From positions 10,356-74,355 of the forward strand of contig CAZICS010000002.1 in the NCBI GenBank assembly GCA_964537835.1: 64,000 bases of DNA, in the 5' to 3' direction. The stretch is from an uncultured archaeon. GTDB taxonomy: Archaea > Aenigmatarchaeota > Aenigmatarchaeia > CG10238-14 > SCSR01. Position numbers and translations under genes: made by a program. The notes beneath the pieces were generated by a model that saw only the letters and a list, made by a program, of their open reading frames with translations, searched no databases and was not told the DNA's origin. Position 1 is the stretch's first letter. Every line of letters starts with the position of its first letter. Of this stretch, positions 55,765 through 63,949 are shown one piece after another.

Positions 55765-55842
55765 TAAAAATAAATTGAATAAAGATATCCGTTGTAAAGT
55801 TCTTTAGCTTTTTACTAACCTTTTTCCAACCAGCCCCTAAAG

Positions 55843-55860
55843 ATGTTACACATATAACAT
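55843..55860. repeat. Palindrome family copy 3 (ATGTTACACATATAACAT), 5 nt beyond the stop of the minus-strand 111-aa gene
   Basis: Exact reverse complement of copy 2. Confidence 0.9.
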
Positions 55861-55865
55861 TTTTC

Positions 55866-56198
55866 TCAATCCAAATCAAGCTTTTTAATTTTGTATTCAA
55901 TCCCAGCGTTTATACAGTAAGCATTCAAGGAAGAAAGAATTTTCTCATAGTTGTACCAGCTTTTAGTAGTTTCAAGCAATACAAGTTCCCCTCCTTTCTC
56001 ATTCTCCTCCAGCAAGACGAACAAAATTCTTACCACATCCTTCTCAGCCAAGCTTCTTGTAATCAAGACGTCTTTAGTAGGCTGAAAAATCTGGTAGGTT
56101 CTTTTTAATCTCTCCGCTACTTCCTCCAAACTTTTCGCTTCCTTATACTCATAGTTGAAAGTCAAAACCCTCTTGAGAGTTTTTGAGAAAGTTTTCAT
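55866..56198 (-). CDS. Hypothetical protein (110 aa), ORFan
   Basis: ORF with ATG at 56198; the track start at 56201 is a TTG. An A/T-rich TATA-like TTTTTAAAAA lies about 30 nt upstream. No motif. Confidence 0.45.
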   Translation of the reverse strand: MKTFSKTLKRVLTFNYEYKEAKSLEEVAERLKRTYQIFQPTKDVLITRSLAEKDVVRILFVLLEENEKGGELVLLETTKSWYNYEKILSSLNAYCINAGIEYKIKKLDLD

Positions 56199-56290
56199 CA
56201 AAGCTTATAATAGGGTTAAGGTTTTTAAAAATTTTGTCACGCAAGCATAATTTTAATTAAGCGTTAAATTAATTACTCTAAACTGGCTGA

Positions 56291-56308
56291 ATGTTATATG
56301 TATAACAT
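56291..56308. repeat. Palindrome family copy 4 (ATGTTATATGTATAACAT)
   Basis: Identical to copy 1 at 15508. Confidence 0.9.
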
Positions 56309-56330
56309 TAATACGAATTCACGCATAAGC

Positions 56331-56348
56331 ATGTTACACATATAACAA
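56331..56348. repeat. Palindrome family copy 5 (ATGTTACACATATAACAa; 17/18 match to copy 3)
   Basis: Read at 56331-56348. It lies 6 nt beyond the stop of a hand-found 37-aa minus-strand ORF. Confidence 0.85.
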
Positions 56349-56354
56349 AAAAAG

Positions 56355-56468
56355 CTATTCCAAGAAAGGCATGTATTTTTTCACATAATCTTTCAAGTCA
56401 GCTTTTGTTAGATTCTTAGAAGTAAGGCTTAGCCATTCTTTTTTCTCCTTTTCCAATTCCTCCAGCAT
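56355..56468 (-). CDS. Possible mini-ORF (37 aa)
   Basis: Hand translation gives MLEELEKEKKEWLSLTSKNLTKADLKDYVKKYMPFLE*. It lies between the 195-aa gene and the palindrome pair. Confidence 0.25.
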   Translation of the reverse strand: MLEELEKEKKEWLSLTSKNLTKADLKDYVKKYMPFLE

Positions 56469-56498
56469 AATTTCTTTTAGAAGCCTAAGCCTTTTAAA

Positions 56499-57086
56499 TC
56501 ATGCAATGTATCTCAAAGCCTCCTTATCAATTTTTTTCTTCCTCAAAACTTTTTTAATTTTAATATTACCCTTTTTAACCTCTTCCCGCAATTTTTCGTA
56601 CAACTCGACAAAAGGACAAACCAAAGCAGCAACCCTTAGAGTAAAAATTTTAATCTTTCTAACTCGCTTTTCCAAATTCTCAAAATTTTCTTTCTCCCCT
56701 TTACTCAGCAAAACAAAAGCTGCCTTAGCTAAGCTAGAAGGAATTTTACTAACCTGTACTTTTCCTTGCAAGATATACCTGAGCAAAACAAAGTTTATGA
56801 AGTCATCTCTGCTAGCTTTTTTGTTCAAGAATTTAGCCAATTTTAAAAATCTTTCCTCAAAATCCTTCGGCTTATTCTTGATTTTTATCAAGGAAGTTTT
56901 TAAATTGTTTAGAGCAAACGCAACAAACTCGAGCATTTCCTCAGCCATCCTTTGCTTTTCGTCGAAGGGTATTTTTACAACCTTCCTTTTAGTAAAATAA
57001 ATGTCATCGCAAGTTTTGCAAATCTCTAGCAAAAACTTTTGATAGAGGAAATCTTCTAGCGCAATCTCAAACTCGAGTTCCCTCAT
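56499..57086 (-). CDS. Hypothetical helical protein (195 aa), ORFan
   Basis: It is the longest ORF at this locus. The overlapping plus-strand ORF (56506..57000) is an L/F/S/K-rich shadow of this K/E-rich frame. Confidence 0.5.
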   Translation of the reverse strand: MRELEFEIALEDFLYQKFLLEICKTCDDIYFTKRKVVKIPFDEKQRMAEEMLEFVAFALNNLKTSLIKIKNKPKDFEERFLKLAKFLNKKASRDDFINFVLLRYILQGKVQVSKIPSSLAKAAFVLLSKGEKENFENLEKRVRKIKIFTLRVAALVCPFVELYEKLREEVKKGNIKIKKVLRKKKIDKEALRYIA

Positions 57087-57132
57087 CCTCTCAAGTATAA
57101 GTTTGGTTTAAGGATTTTAAAAAGGTTGATAG

Positions 57133-57297
57133 CTAAAAGTAGAGCTGCTCCAAATAATCTCCACATCCTAAGTTGATCAATACCATTCGCGTAAATGGTC
57201 GGAGAACTTCCTTAAACTTGCAAAGAGTCGAATTTTTATCACGAATTGGCTTCTTGTTAGCTAAGACCTTATAATCTTTTGCAAACTTTATAGCCAT
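57133..57297 (-). CDS. Possible small ORF (54 aa from the internal ATG)
   Basis: MAIKFAKDYKVLANKKPIRDKNSTLCKFKEVLRPFTRMVLINLGCGDYLEQLYF. The ATG lies 11 nt after the stop of the 89-aa gene. The track start at 57351 is a TTG inside that gene. Confidence 0.3.
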   Translation of the reverse strand: MAIKFAKDYKVLANKKPIRDKNSTLCKFKEVLRPFTRMVLINLGCGDYLEQLYF

Positions 57298-57308
57298 AGG
57301 AGAAGGAT

Positions 57309-57578
57309 TTACCAAGCTAACCCATCCAGGCTGTAGTAAGGTAAATCCCAATAATACTTTATTCCTGGTTTTTCCAATAGATTCCCTATCTCATCCTCGA
57401 TTTCTACCAAGCCATTATCCCAAAAGCTAACCCTAGCCTTTCTTCTAACTCTTCCGTCTTTCTCTAATTCAACAAAAACTTTTATCTCATGTATACCATA
57501 AGCTTCTTTAAGCTCCTTGAATTTCCTTCCCTCAATTTCAGCTATTATTTCTCTCCAATCTTTTTCCATTCGGATCAT
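57309..57578 (-). CDS. Hypothetical protein (89 aa), first gene of the ORFan operon
   Basis: ORF divergent from the LAGLIDADG-wHTH gene; no motif. Confidence 0.45.
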   Translation of the reverse strand: MIRMEKDWREIIAEIEGRKFKELKEAYGIHEIKVFVELEKDGRVRRKARVSFWDNGLVEIEDEIGNLLEKPGIKYYWDLPYYSLDGLAW

Positions 57579-57748
57579 TTTTAGATTGTTCTTAAACCTT
57601 TTATTTTTTTCTTAGCTTCGAAAAATTTTCTTTTCCGAGCGAGTTCTCTCCAATTTCTTCTTTTCTAATTTCTTTACCGGAAATGAACTCCAGTAAAGTT
57701 TAAATACTAGTTTTATAAATTATATTTATAGAAATTAAATTTTACAAG

Positions 57749-58930
57749 GTGAAATGTATGGAGTTTGGTATTGAGTCTGAAACAAAAGATTTTATGGTTG
57801 AAAGAAATGGAAAAAGATTCATCGACCTAACAAAGATTTTGCCAGAAAGATTGCCGAGCGGGAAGCTAATTTTGTGGAAGCAAATAGATGAGGAAAAAAT
57901 AGAAATTTTTGTCGACAAGCATTCAGCGCCAGGCGGGAATCCCAAGCCGATAAGGATAAAGAGGTTTATCGAGATAAATGAATTACTATTTGAAGGGCTT
58001 GGGTTAAGATTTGGGGATGGATTAAAAATACAAGGAGGGAAAAAAATCGTGTTTGGTTTTTCTAATACGAATCTAGAGCTTCATAAACATTTTCTCAAAT
58101 TTGCAAAAGAATGCCTAGGAATAGACTCAAAAGAGTTTAGAGTCGCATTAACTATTCCACCTGTCCTAAGTGATAAAATTAAAGAATTGGAAGAGAAAAT
58201 TTCGAGAGAGCTAAGAATTCCTTTAGAAAATTTTTTCACTGCCAGGATTTTAGAGAAAAGTAAGCAACCTATTATAAACACCAAAATAAACTCTGCGATA
58301 TTGGGTAGGGTTATAGAGAGAATGTTCCAAAGCTTGAAAGATATTCTATTGAATAGGACTTTTTCTGCAGCCTTTTTAAAAGGCGTTATCGCTTCTGAAG
58401 CGAACATTAGCTTACGAAATGGTAAACTAGATGAAATTTCCATCGGAAGCAAGGAAAAACCAAATCGAGAACTTATTCGCCTACTTTTACTAAATTTAAG
58501 TATTTTTCCAAACAAGGATAAAGAAATAGAAGGACAAGAAGCTGTGCTCCTTCATGGGCTTTCTAACTTTAGAAAAATGAGAGAATGGAACTTAGTTTCC
58601 TTACATCCAGAAAAATTTGAAGCATTTGAAAGGGGACTAAAAGGTTTTAAGAAAGAGGAATTTAGAAAGGGGGAGGCAAAATTGCTCATTCTTCAAAGTT
58701 TGACCAAATCTTCAAAAAATATTACTCAATTAGCAAAAGAACTTGGAAGAGCTTGGAGGTCGATAGTAGATCATCTCTGGGTTTTAGAAGATCTAGGATT
58801 AGTTGGAAGGAGAAGAGTTAGCAGAAGAGTTATCTGGTTTATTACAGAAAAAGGTAAGGAAATGCTTAAAGATGAAAATGCATTAGAAAAATTAAGAATA
58901 GGTCTTCCTCGAAAGAAAAGTAACCACTGA
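57749..58930 (+). CDS. LAGLIDADG-like double-motif protein fused to a C-terminal winged-helix domain
   Basis: Motifs FEGLGLRFGDGLKI and AAFLKGVIASEANISL lie about 125 aa apart. C-terminal wHTH is ITQLAKELGRAWRSIVDHLWVLEDLGLVGRRRVSRRVIWFITEKGKE. GTG 57749 or ATG 57758 is the start. Confidence 0.55.
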   Translation: MKCMEFGIESETKDFMVERNGKRFIDLTKILPERLPSGKLILWKQIDEEKIEIFVDKHSAPGGNPKPIRIKRFIEINELLFEGLGLRFGDGLKIQGGKKIVFGFSNTNLELHKHFLKFAKECLGIDSKEFRVALTIPPVLSDKIKELEEKISRELRIPLENFFTARILEKSKQPIINTKINSAILGRVIERMFQSLKDILLNRTFSAAFLKGVIASEANISLRNGKLDEISIGSKEKPNRELIRLLLLNLSIFPNKDKEIEGQEAVLLHGLSNFRKMREWNLVSLHPEKFEAFERGLKGFKKEEFRKGEAKLLILQSLTKSSKNITQLAKELGRAWRSIVDHLWVLEDLGLVGRRRVSRRVIWFITEKGKEMLKDENALEKLRIGLPRKKSNH

Positions 58931-58936
58931 ACTGTT

Positions 58937-59890
58937 TTATTCCTCTTTAGCCTTTCTTTCTACTTCTTCTTCTATCCCAAGCTTTTCGACCAATTCTTTA
59001 TATCTGTTACGGATCGTCACCTCGGTGATTCCGCATATGTCTGCAACCTCACGCTGTGTCCTCTTTTCTCCAACCAGAACGCAAGCTATGTAAATTGCGG
59101 CTGCAGCAACTCCAGTGGGCCCTTTTCCGCTAGTTACATCAAACTTCTTAGCTTTCTTCAAAATTTCAACAGCCTTTGCCTGAACCTTATCGCTCAGCCC
59201 AAGCATTGAACAGAAACGAGGAACAAAAGTTACTGGATCTGCTGGCAAAATTCTTATTCCAAGCTCTCTTGCAACGTAACGATAGGTTCTTCCTATTTCC
59301 TTTTTCTCGACTCCACTTGCCTCTGAAATTTCATCCAAAGTTCGAGGAGAGCCAAACTCTCTCGAAACAGCATAAGTTAGAGCTGCGATCACGCTCTCAA
59401 TGCTCCTCCCTCTTACTAATCCTTTATTGACAGCTTCCTCGTAATACCTTGCTATTCTCTCGTGGATTGAGCGAGATAGATTCAAGAAAGAAACGATCCT
59501 TTGCAATTCGGACAGAGCAAAGCTTAGGTTTCTGTCTTTTGACTTGATTAACCTCTTATGCCATTTGGTTAATCTATAGTACTGAGCTCTTTTCCTTGCT
59601 GGCACTTTATAAAGCTCTCCAACTCCTTTTCCAATTTCTGTGGTTAAACCCTTATCATGCTTAGTAAAAGTTAAAGGAGCACCACCTCTAGCTCTTCTTG
59701 TCATTTGCTCGCTGTCGAAAGCTCTCCATTCTTGTCCCGTATCGATTATATCCTCTTTAACTATTGCTCCGCATGACTTGCAAAACAATTCTCCTCTTGA
59801 AGGATCTTCTATGATGTCATAACTTCCGCATTCAGGGCAGCGCAAAGCCCTTCTTCTTGCAACAGCTTTTCTCTTCTTTTTTCTTGGCAT
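58937..59890 (-). CDS. tfb: Transcription initiation factor IIB (TFB)
   Basis: N-terminal Zn ribbon CPECGS...CKSCG, B-reader/linker region and two cyclin-fold repeats (…GRSIESVIAALTYAVSRE…, …PTGVAAAAIYIA…). Confidence 0.95.
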   Translation of the reverse strand: MPRKKKRKAVARRRALRCPECGSYDIIEDPSRGELFCKSCGAIVKEDIIDTGQEWRAFDSEQMTRRARGGAPLTFTKHDKGLTTEIGKGVGELYKVPARKRAQYYRLTKWHKRLIKSKDRNLSFALSELQRIVSFLNLSRSIHERIARYYEEAVNKGLVRGRSIESVIAALTYAVSREFGSPRTLDEISEASGVEKKEIGRTYRYVARELGIRILPADPVTFVPRFCSMLGLSDKVQAKAVEILKKAKKFDVTSGKGPTGVAAAAIYIACVLVGEKRTQREVADICGITEVTIRNRYKELVEKLGIEEEVERKAKEE

Positions 59891-59911
59891 ATTTTATCAC
59901 TTTTTGGTAGG

Positions 59912-59919
59912 TATTTAAA
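59912..59919 (-). promoter_or_regulatory. Candidate TATA box (TTTAAATA on the minus strand) for tfb; implies a leaderless or near-leaderless mRNA
   Basis: The element centre is about 25 nt upstream of the tfb ATG (59890). Confidence 0.4.
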
Positions 59920-60012
59920 CCGAAAGGTTAATAAAAGTATGTACCGAAAAATATTTAAAGATTTTGTTTTTGCATAACTCCTCAATCGTCGAGGTATTAT
60001 TCCAAAATAAGA

Positions 60013-60207
60013 ATGAGTAAGCAAAAGATCGGAGAATTGACCATCTTTAAAACCTGGGGAATTTATGATATCGTCGTTGAAGTTAGAGCTTCTAAGTATA
60101 AGCCTAAAGAAATCAAGGAAAAGATTAAGAAAATGGATGGAGTAAGGAGATTTGTACTGCTCACGACCTCTCCTCCAGAAAAATATGATGAAAAATCTTT
60201 AGGTTAA
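60013..60207 (+). CDS. Small protein resembling a stand-alone Lrp/AsnC RAM (ligand-binding) half-domain
   Basis: WGIYDIVVEVRAS...IKEKIKKMDGVRRFVLLTT. Confidence 0.35.
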   Translation: MSKQKIGELTIFKTWGIYDIVVEVRASKYKPKEIKEKIKKMDGVRRFVLLTTSPPEKYDEKSLG

Positions 60208-60238
60208 GCTTATAAATCTTCGACTTCATTTAAGTTCT

Positions 60239-60460
60239 ATGCAAAAAGTTAGTTTTGAGCTTGAAGATGAAATTTATGAAGAAGCTAGAAAATTGGTTGG
60301 TACTCGCTACGCTAGTTTAAGAGAATTAGTTCAAACTGCCATTAAAGATGATTACGAGAAAAAATTTGGAGGATGGCCACCCTCTAAATATCCAAAAAGG
60401 AAATCTGTATATGAAGTAATTCTGGAGAGAAGACTTAAAAAATTGAAAGAGAAAGCTTGA
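60239..60460 (+). CDS. Small putative ribbon-helix-helix (CopG-like) protein
   Basis: The N-terminal beta-strand/helix pattern KVSFELEDEIYEEARKLVG...LRELVQTAI. Confidence 0.35.
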   Translation: MQKVSFELEDEIYEEARKLVGTRYASLRELVQTAIKDDYEKKFGGWPPSKYPKRKSVYEVILERRLKKLKEKA

Positions 60461-60485
60461 TTTAATCCCAAACCTAAATTTAATT

Positions 60486-60746
60486 ATGAAAGCTCAGGGT
60501 GCTTTGCTCTTTCTCTTCATGCTAATCCTTTTTGTAATAACCCTAATCTTTCTTCTATTCTGGAGGCAATCGGCTCCGACAGGAGTTTTTAAGTGCGAAT
60601 GCGAAGTTCCGGAGTACGGTAAAAAAGAAGTTCTAGTAACTGTTCAAATCAAGGGCGAAGAATGGCCCGCTAAAGTGCTCTACCCAACTAATATAACTCT
60701 AAACATCCTTGGTTACTCTGTTCCTTGCGTTTGCAAGACCTATTGA
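60486..60746 (+). CDS. Small N-terminally anchored Cys-containing protein
   Basis: TM helix LLFLFMLILFVITLIFLLFW, then CECEVPE...CVCKTY. Confidence 0.35.
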   Translation: MKAQGALLFLFMLILFVITLIFLLFWRQSAPTGVFKCECEVPEYGKKEVLVTVQIKGEEWPAKVLYPTNITLNILGYSVPCVCKTY

Positions 60747-61084
60747 GCTTTTTTCAAATTATTTATGGCTTCTATAGCTAACCGATAAGATTCTTCGTTT
60801 ATTTTAAGAAGTTGGTAAAGCATACAACCCATTTTAGTCAAATCATCTTCAGAAGCCTTGCACTCATCTTTTACTATTTCATAAGTTAAATAAGCTAAAA
60901 TTTCATCAGCTGAATTATTGCGAAAGGTAGGATAAAGTGAAATCGCTTTATCCCTAAGCTTGTCCGCAAATTTTTGAGTTAATGTAATTTTATTGTCATC
61001 TGGAGTTTTTCCTTTCTCGATAACTTCTATCAGTCCTACCTTCTCAAGCCTTAAAGCCAATTCCTTATATTTTTCATCTTCCAT
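60740..61084 (-). CDS. Hypothetical helical protein downstream of nob1
   Basis: ORF 11 nt after the nob1 stop; no motif. Confidence 0.4.
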   Translation of the reverse strand: MEDEKYKELALRLEKVGLIEVIEKGKTPDDNKITLTQKFADKLRDKAISLYPTFRNNSADEILAYLTYEIVKDECKASEDDLTKMGCMLYQLLKINEESYRLAIEAINNLKKAQ

Positions 61085-61095
61085 GTTTAACCAAA

Positions 61096-61572
61096 TTAAA
61101 TATTCTCAATTAATTTTAAATTTTTAGGCCTTCTTACTAGCTTGCTTCCGCATACAGGGCAAACTTTTCCTTCAAAAAATTTTTTGCAATTCTTGCAGTA
61201 TCTCCCCCAAGCTATTAGCTTAGATATTTTCTTGCTAAAAATTGAAATGTATTTAATTCCAAGCTTCCCGGCAACGTTTTGCACGCTTCTATCGTCTGAA
61301 ATTATCGTGCAATCCTTTTCTTTTGCTAGGGCAATAACTTTCAAATCTGTTTCAGAAAGTTTTTCCAGATCTCCCGTTTCTCTAGCAGCATTTCTAACAA
61401 TTTCCAAGCTTTCTCTCTCAGGTTCTTCGACTTTTAAATTCAAGCTAGAAAGTTTTAAGCTACTAATCCTATCTTTTACTTCCTCTAAAACTTCTTCTAC
61501 GGTAAAGATTTCCTCGAATTTTCTAAAATCGCTTAAGTAAATTATCGCCGAAGTATCCAGAACAACTTTCAT
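61096..61572 (-). CDS. nob1: Endoribonuclease Nob1 (PIN domain plus zinc ribbon)
   Basis: PIN N-terminus MKVVLDTSAIIYL, the acidic residues (…ETDLKVIALA…, SDDRSVQN) and C-terminal CKNCKKFFEGKVCPVCGSKL. Confidence 0.75.
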   Translation of the reverse strand: MKVVLDTSAIIYLSDFRKFEEIFTVEEVLEEVKDRISSLKLSSLNLKVEEPERESLEIVRNAARETGDLEKLSETDLKVIALAKEKDCTIISDDRSVQNVAGKLGIKYISIFSKKISKLIAWGRYCKNCKKFFEGKVCPVCGSKLVRRPKNLKLIENI

Positions 61573-61665
61573 ATTCTAATAGAGAATTTTCAAGTTTTAA
61601 TAATTACAGCTTTTTTTCAAAAAATTTAAGTTAAAGGTTGAATAAATTACTAATAAGGTGTTTGC

Positions 61666-61884
61666 TTGCCAAAAGAGTTTCCTTTATTGCCACTAGAAAA
61701 AATTGCAAAAAAGGCGGGGAAAGAAGTGGGAGTGGATAGAATTTCTTTAGCTGCGGTTAAAGAATTGAGGAATACTTTGCTTGAGCTCGCTGATATAATT
61801 GCTAGGGATGCGGTAGCTGCTTGCCACCATGCTAAAAGGGTTACTGTTAAAAGGGAAGATATTTTAATGGCCGTTAGAAGGTGA
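61666..61884 (+). CDS. Archaeal histone (HMf family, single histone fold)
   Basis: LPLEKIAKKAGKEVGVDRISLAAVKELRNTLLELADIIARDAVAACHHAKRVTVKREDILMAV. TTG start. Confidence 0.85.
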   Translation: MPKEFPLLPLEKIAKKAGKEVGVDRISLAAVKELRNTLLELADIIARDAVAACHHAKRVTVKREDILMAVRR

Positions 61885-61889
61885 GTTGA

Positions 61890-62279
61890 ATGGAAAAGAC
61901 TACAACAACCATAAAAGATTTGAAACCCGGAGGATTTGTTTTGATAGATAATGTTCCCTGTAGGGTTGAAAAAGTAACTGTATCGACGAGCGGAAAGCAT
62001 GGGGCAGCTAAGGCTAGGGTTGATGCAGTTGGTTTATTCGATGGAAGGAGAAGAAGCATAATTAAGCCAGCAGACGATACGGTTGAAGTCCCAATAATAA
62101 CCAAAAAAACTGCTCAAGTTTTAGCGATTGTAGGAGATAATGTTCAGTTAATGGATTTAACCGATTATTCTGTTTTTGAGTTGCCTATACCAGAAGAAAT
62201 GAAAGGAGAGATTAAGCAAGGAGAAGAGATTGCTTACTATGAAGTCATGGGGATGAAAACTATTAAGCCGATTAAATAA
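61890..62279 (+). CDS. eif5a: Translation initiation factor 5A (aIF5A)
   Basis: Hypusination loop STSGKHGAAKARV and a C-terminal OB domain. Confidence 0.9.
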   Translation: MEKTTTTIKDLKPGGFVLIDNVPCRVEKVTVSTSGKHGAAKARVDAVGLFDGRRRSIIKPADDTVEVPIITKKTAQVLAIVGDNVQLMDLTDYSVFELPIPEEMKGEIKQGEEIAYYEVMGMKTIKPIK

Positions 62280-62312
62280 GCTTAAAAAATTTTATTGTTA
62301 CATCTTTTTTGT

Positions 62313-62672
62313 ATGGGTAGGAAGCTGATTATAGATTTCATTAAAGGAGGTATTCATACAGTTTTGGGAGCAGGAATGTTTTTGATTACAGATTTGTTGA
62401 GGAATGGGTCGATAAACTATCCGCTTACCGATTTAGCTGCTGGCTCAGGAGTGGCTGGAGGTTATAACATCGCAAACAGAAAGAAAGGAGGTATCATCGC
62501 AAGCTTCCTAGCTTTTCTCGGTCCTTTATCTCCATATTTAGTCGAATACCTGAAAACAGGAGATCTAGGCTATTTTGGGATGAAGCTTGTTGGGAAGTGT
62601 TTTGAATTTTCCTTAGGTGCCTTCTTGGGGTATGGTATAGGTGAAATTTTGAAGACCGATAAAGAGGAGTAA
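62313..62672 (+). CDS. Small Gly-rich membrane protein
   Basis: Four hydrophobic/Gly-rich segments. ATG 62313 is preferred over the TTG at 62295. Confidence 0.4.
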   Translation: MGRKLIIDFIKGGIHTVLGAGMFLITDLLRNGSINYPLTDLAAGSGVAGGYNIANRKKGGIIASFLAFLGPLSPYLVEYLKTGDLGYFGMKLVGKCFEFSLGAFLGYGIGEILKTDKEE

Positions 62673-62732
62673 AAGAGATAGGTATTTTTTCTAAGTAAAT
62701 TTTTAAGCTAACCCTTTCCCAATTATTTTAAA

Positions 62733-63944
62733 GTGGCAAGAAATATAGTTGTTGAGCAATTGGCTCAAGTGCCGATAGAAGAGCAGAAGATAGAGATTGT
62801 TGAAAGGAAGGGCTTGGGTCATCCTGATACTATTTGCGATTCGATAATGAACGAGATTTCCGTCGAGTTAAGCAAATTTTATCTTAAAAAATTTGGCTTT
62901 ATCCTGCATCACAACATAGATAAGGCTTTGCTTGCAGCTGGTGAAGCTGAGCATAGGTTTGGTGGAGGTAAAATTAAAAAACCAATGCTTTTAGTTATTG
63001 GCGATAGAGCAACTTACCTAGTTGAAAGCGAAGCCATTCCTGTTGAGGAAATAGCAATTTCTACTGCAAAAAAATGGTTTAGAGAGAATTTAAGGTTTGT
63101 AGATCCAGAGGAGCATGTTAAATATCAGGTCGAATTGAAGCAAGTTTCTTCAGCTCTGGCTGAAATTTTTAGAAAAAGGGATAGGATTTTAGGGGCTAAC
63201 GATACTTCGGCTGCAGTAGGCTATGCTCCTCTAAGCAAAACTGAAAGAATTGTTTTGAAGCTGGAAAAATTCTTGAACTCGAAGGATTTTAAGGAAGAAT
63301 TTCCTGAATCTGGCGAGGATGTAAAAGTTATGGGCTTGAGGGTTGGTAATAGCTTGAATTTAACTGTAGCGATGGCTTTTGTAGACAGGTTTATCGATTC
63401 AGAAGAAACTTATTTCAAAAGAAAAGAAGAGGTTAAGCAAGCCATTAAAGATTTTGTAACTTCAAACTCTAGCTTTGAAAAAGTTGAAATTGAATTGAAC
63501 ACTCTAGACCAAAAGGGAAAGGGAGAAGCCGGCTTGTATTTAACTGTTTGCGGAACTTGTGCTGATGGGGCAGATTCTGGTCAGGTAGGAAGGGGGAATA
63601 GGGCTAGCGGAGTAATTCCCTTAAATAGGCCGACAAGCTCGGAGGCTGCAGCCGGCAAAAATCCTGTTTCCCATGTGGGAAAAATCTATAATGTTTTATC
63701 CTACAAAATTGCTAGGGAAATCTTTGAGCAAGTAAATGGCTTAAAAGAAGTTTATTTCTGGTTGTTGAGCGAGATAGGCAGACCAATCAATCAGCCAAAA
63801 ATAGCTGCTGCTCAAGTTATCCTAGAAAAAGGGAATTCGCTGAAAGCCATAGAAAAGGAAGTCGAAGAAGTGATCAGCAAGGAATTGGAAAATATAGACA
63901 AGTTTTGTTTAAAATTGGCAAGAGGAGAAATTTCTGTTTGCTAG
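62733..63944 (+). CDS. mat: S-adenosylmethionine synthetase, archaeal type
   Basis: ERKGLGHPDTICDSI, TVCGTCADGADSGQVGRGNR and NPVSHVGKIYN are signature archaeal MAT segments. GTG start. Confidence 0.9.
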   Translation: MARNIVVEQLAQVPIEEQKIEIVERKGLGHPDTICDSIMNEISVELSKFYLKKFGFILHHNIDKALLAAGEAEHRFGGGKIKKPMLLVIGDRATYLVESEAIPVEEIAISTAKKWFRENLRFVDPEEHVKYQVELKQVSSALAEIFRKRDRILGANDTSAAVGYAPLSKTERIVLKLEKFLNSKDFKEEFPESGEDVKVMGLRVGNSLNLTVAMAFVDRFIDSEETYFKRKEEVKQAIKDFVTSNSSFEKVEIELNTLDQKGKGEAGLYLTVCGTCADGADSGQVGRGNRASGVIPLNRPTSSEAAAGKNPVSHVGKIYNVLSYKIAREIFEQVNGLKEVYFWLLSEIGRPINQPKIAAAQVILEKGNSLKAIEKEVEEVISKELENIDKFCLKLARGEISVC

Positions 63945-63949
63945 TTATC

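Noticed and set aside
55744-55863. MITE interpretation of the 114-bp unit bounded by perfect 18-bp inverted copies (55747-55764 and 55843-55860).
   Set aside because: No target-site duplication flanks it (TTA against TTT). Each terminus is itself a palindrome, so the inverted orientation is nearly trivial. The internal 78 nt is not repeated elsewhere in the window. I keep it only as one alternative under the palindrome finding.
55747-56348. Whether the repeated 18-nt palindromes are a CRISPR array.
   Set aside because: There are only four local copies, with irregular spacing (96, 448 and 40 nt start to start). The units are shorter than CRISPR repeats, and a protein gene lies between copies. 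Copies also occur in both orientations, and no cas genes are present in the window.
56506-57000. 164-aa plus-strand ORF competing with the 195-aa minus-strand ORF at the same locus.
   Set aside because: Neither has a known motif. The minus ORF is longer, has a balanced charged/helical composition and fits the surrounding minus-strand operon. The plus ORF is L/F/S/K-rich shadow-like sequence.
57297-57351. Programmed frameshift joining the 89-aa ORF (57309..57578) to the 72-aa ORF (57133..57351).
   Set aside because: The 72-aa ORF begins with a TTG inside the upstream gene. A simpler model is an independent 54-aa ORF starting at ATG 57297, 11 nt after the upstream stop. No slippery heptamer is evident.
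54625-58930. An integrated virus or plasmid spanning the ORFan island.
   Set aside because: I saw no integrase, no tRNA gene or att-like direct repeats at the borders, and no capsid, replication or partition genes. I also saw no obvious compositional break by eye.
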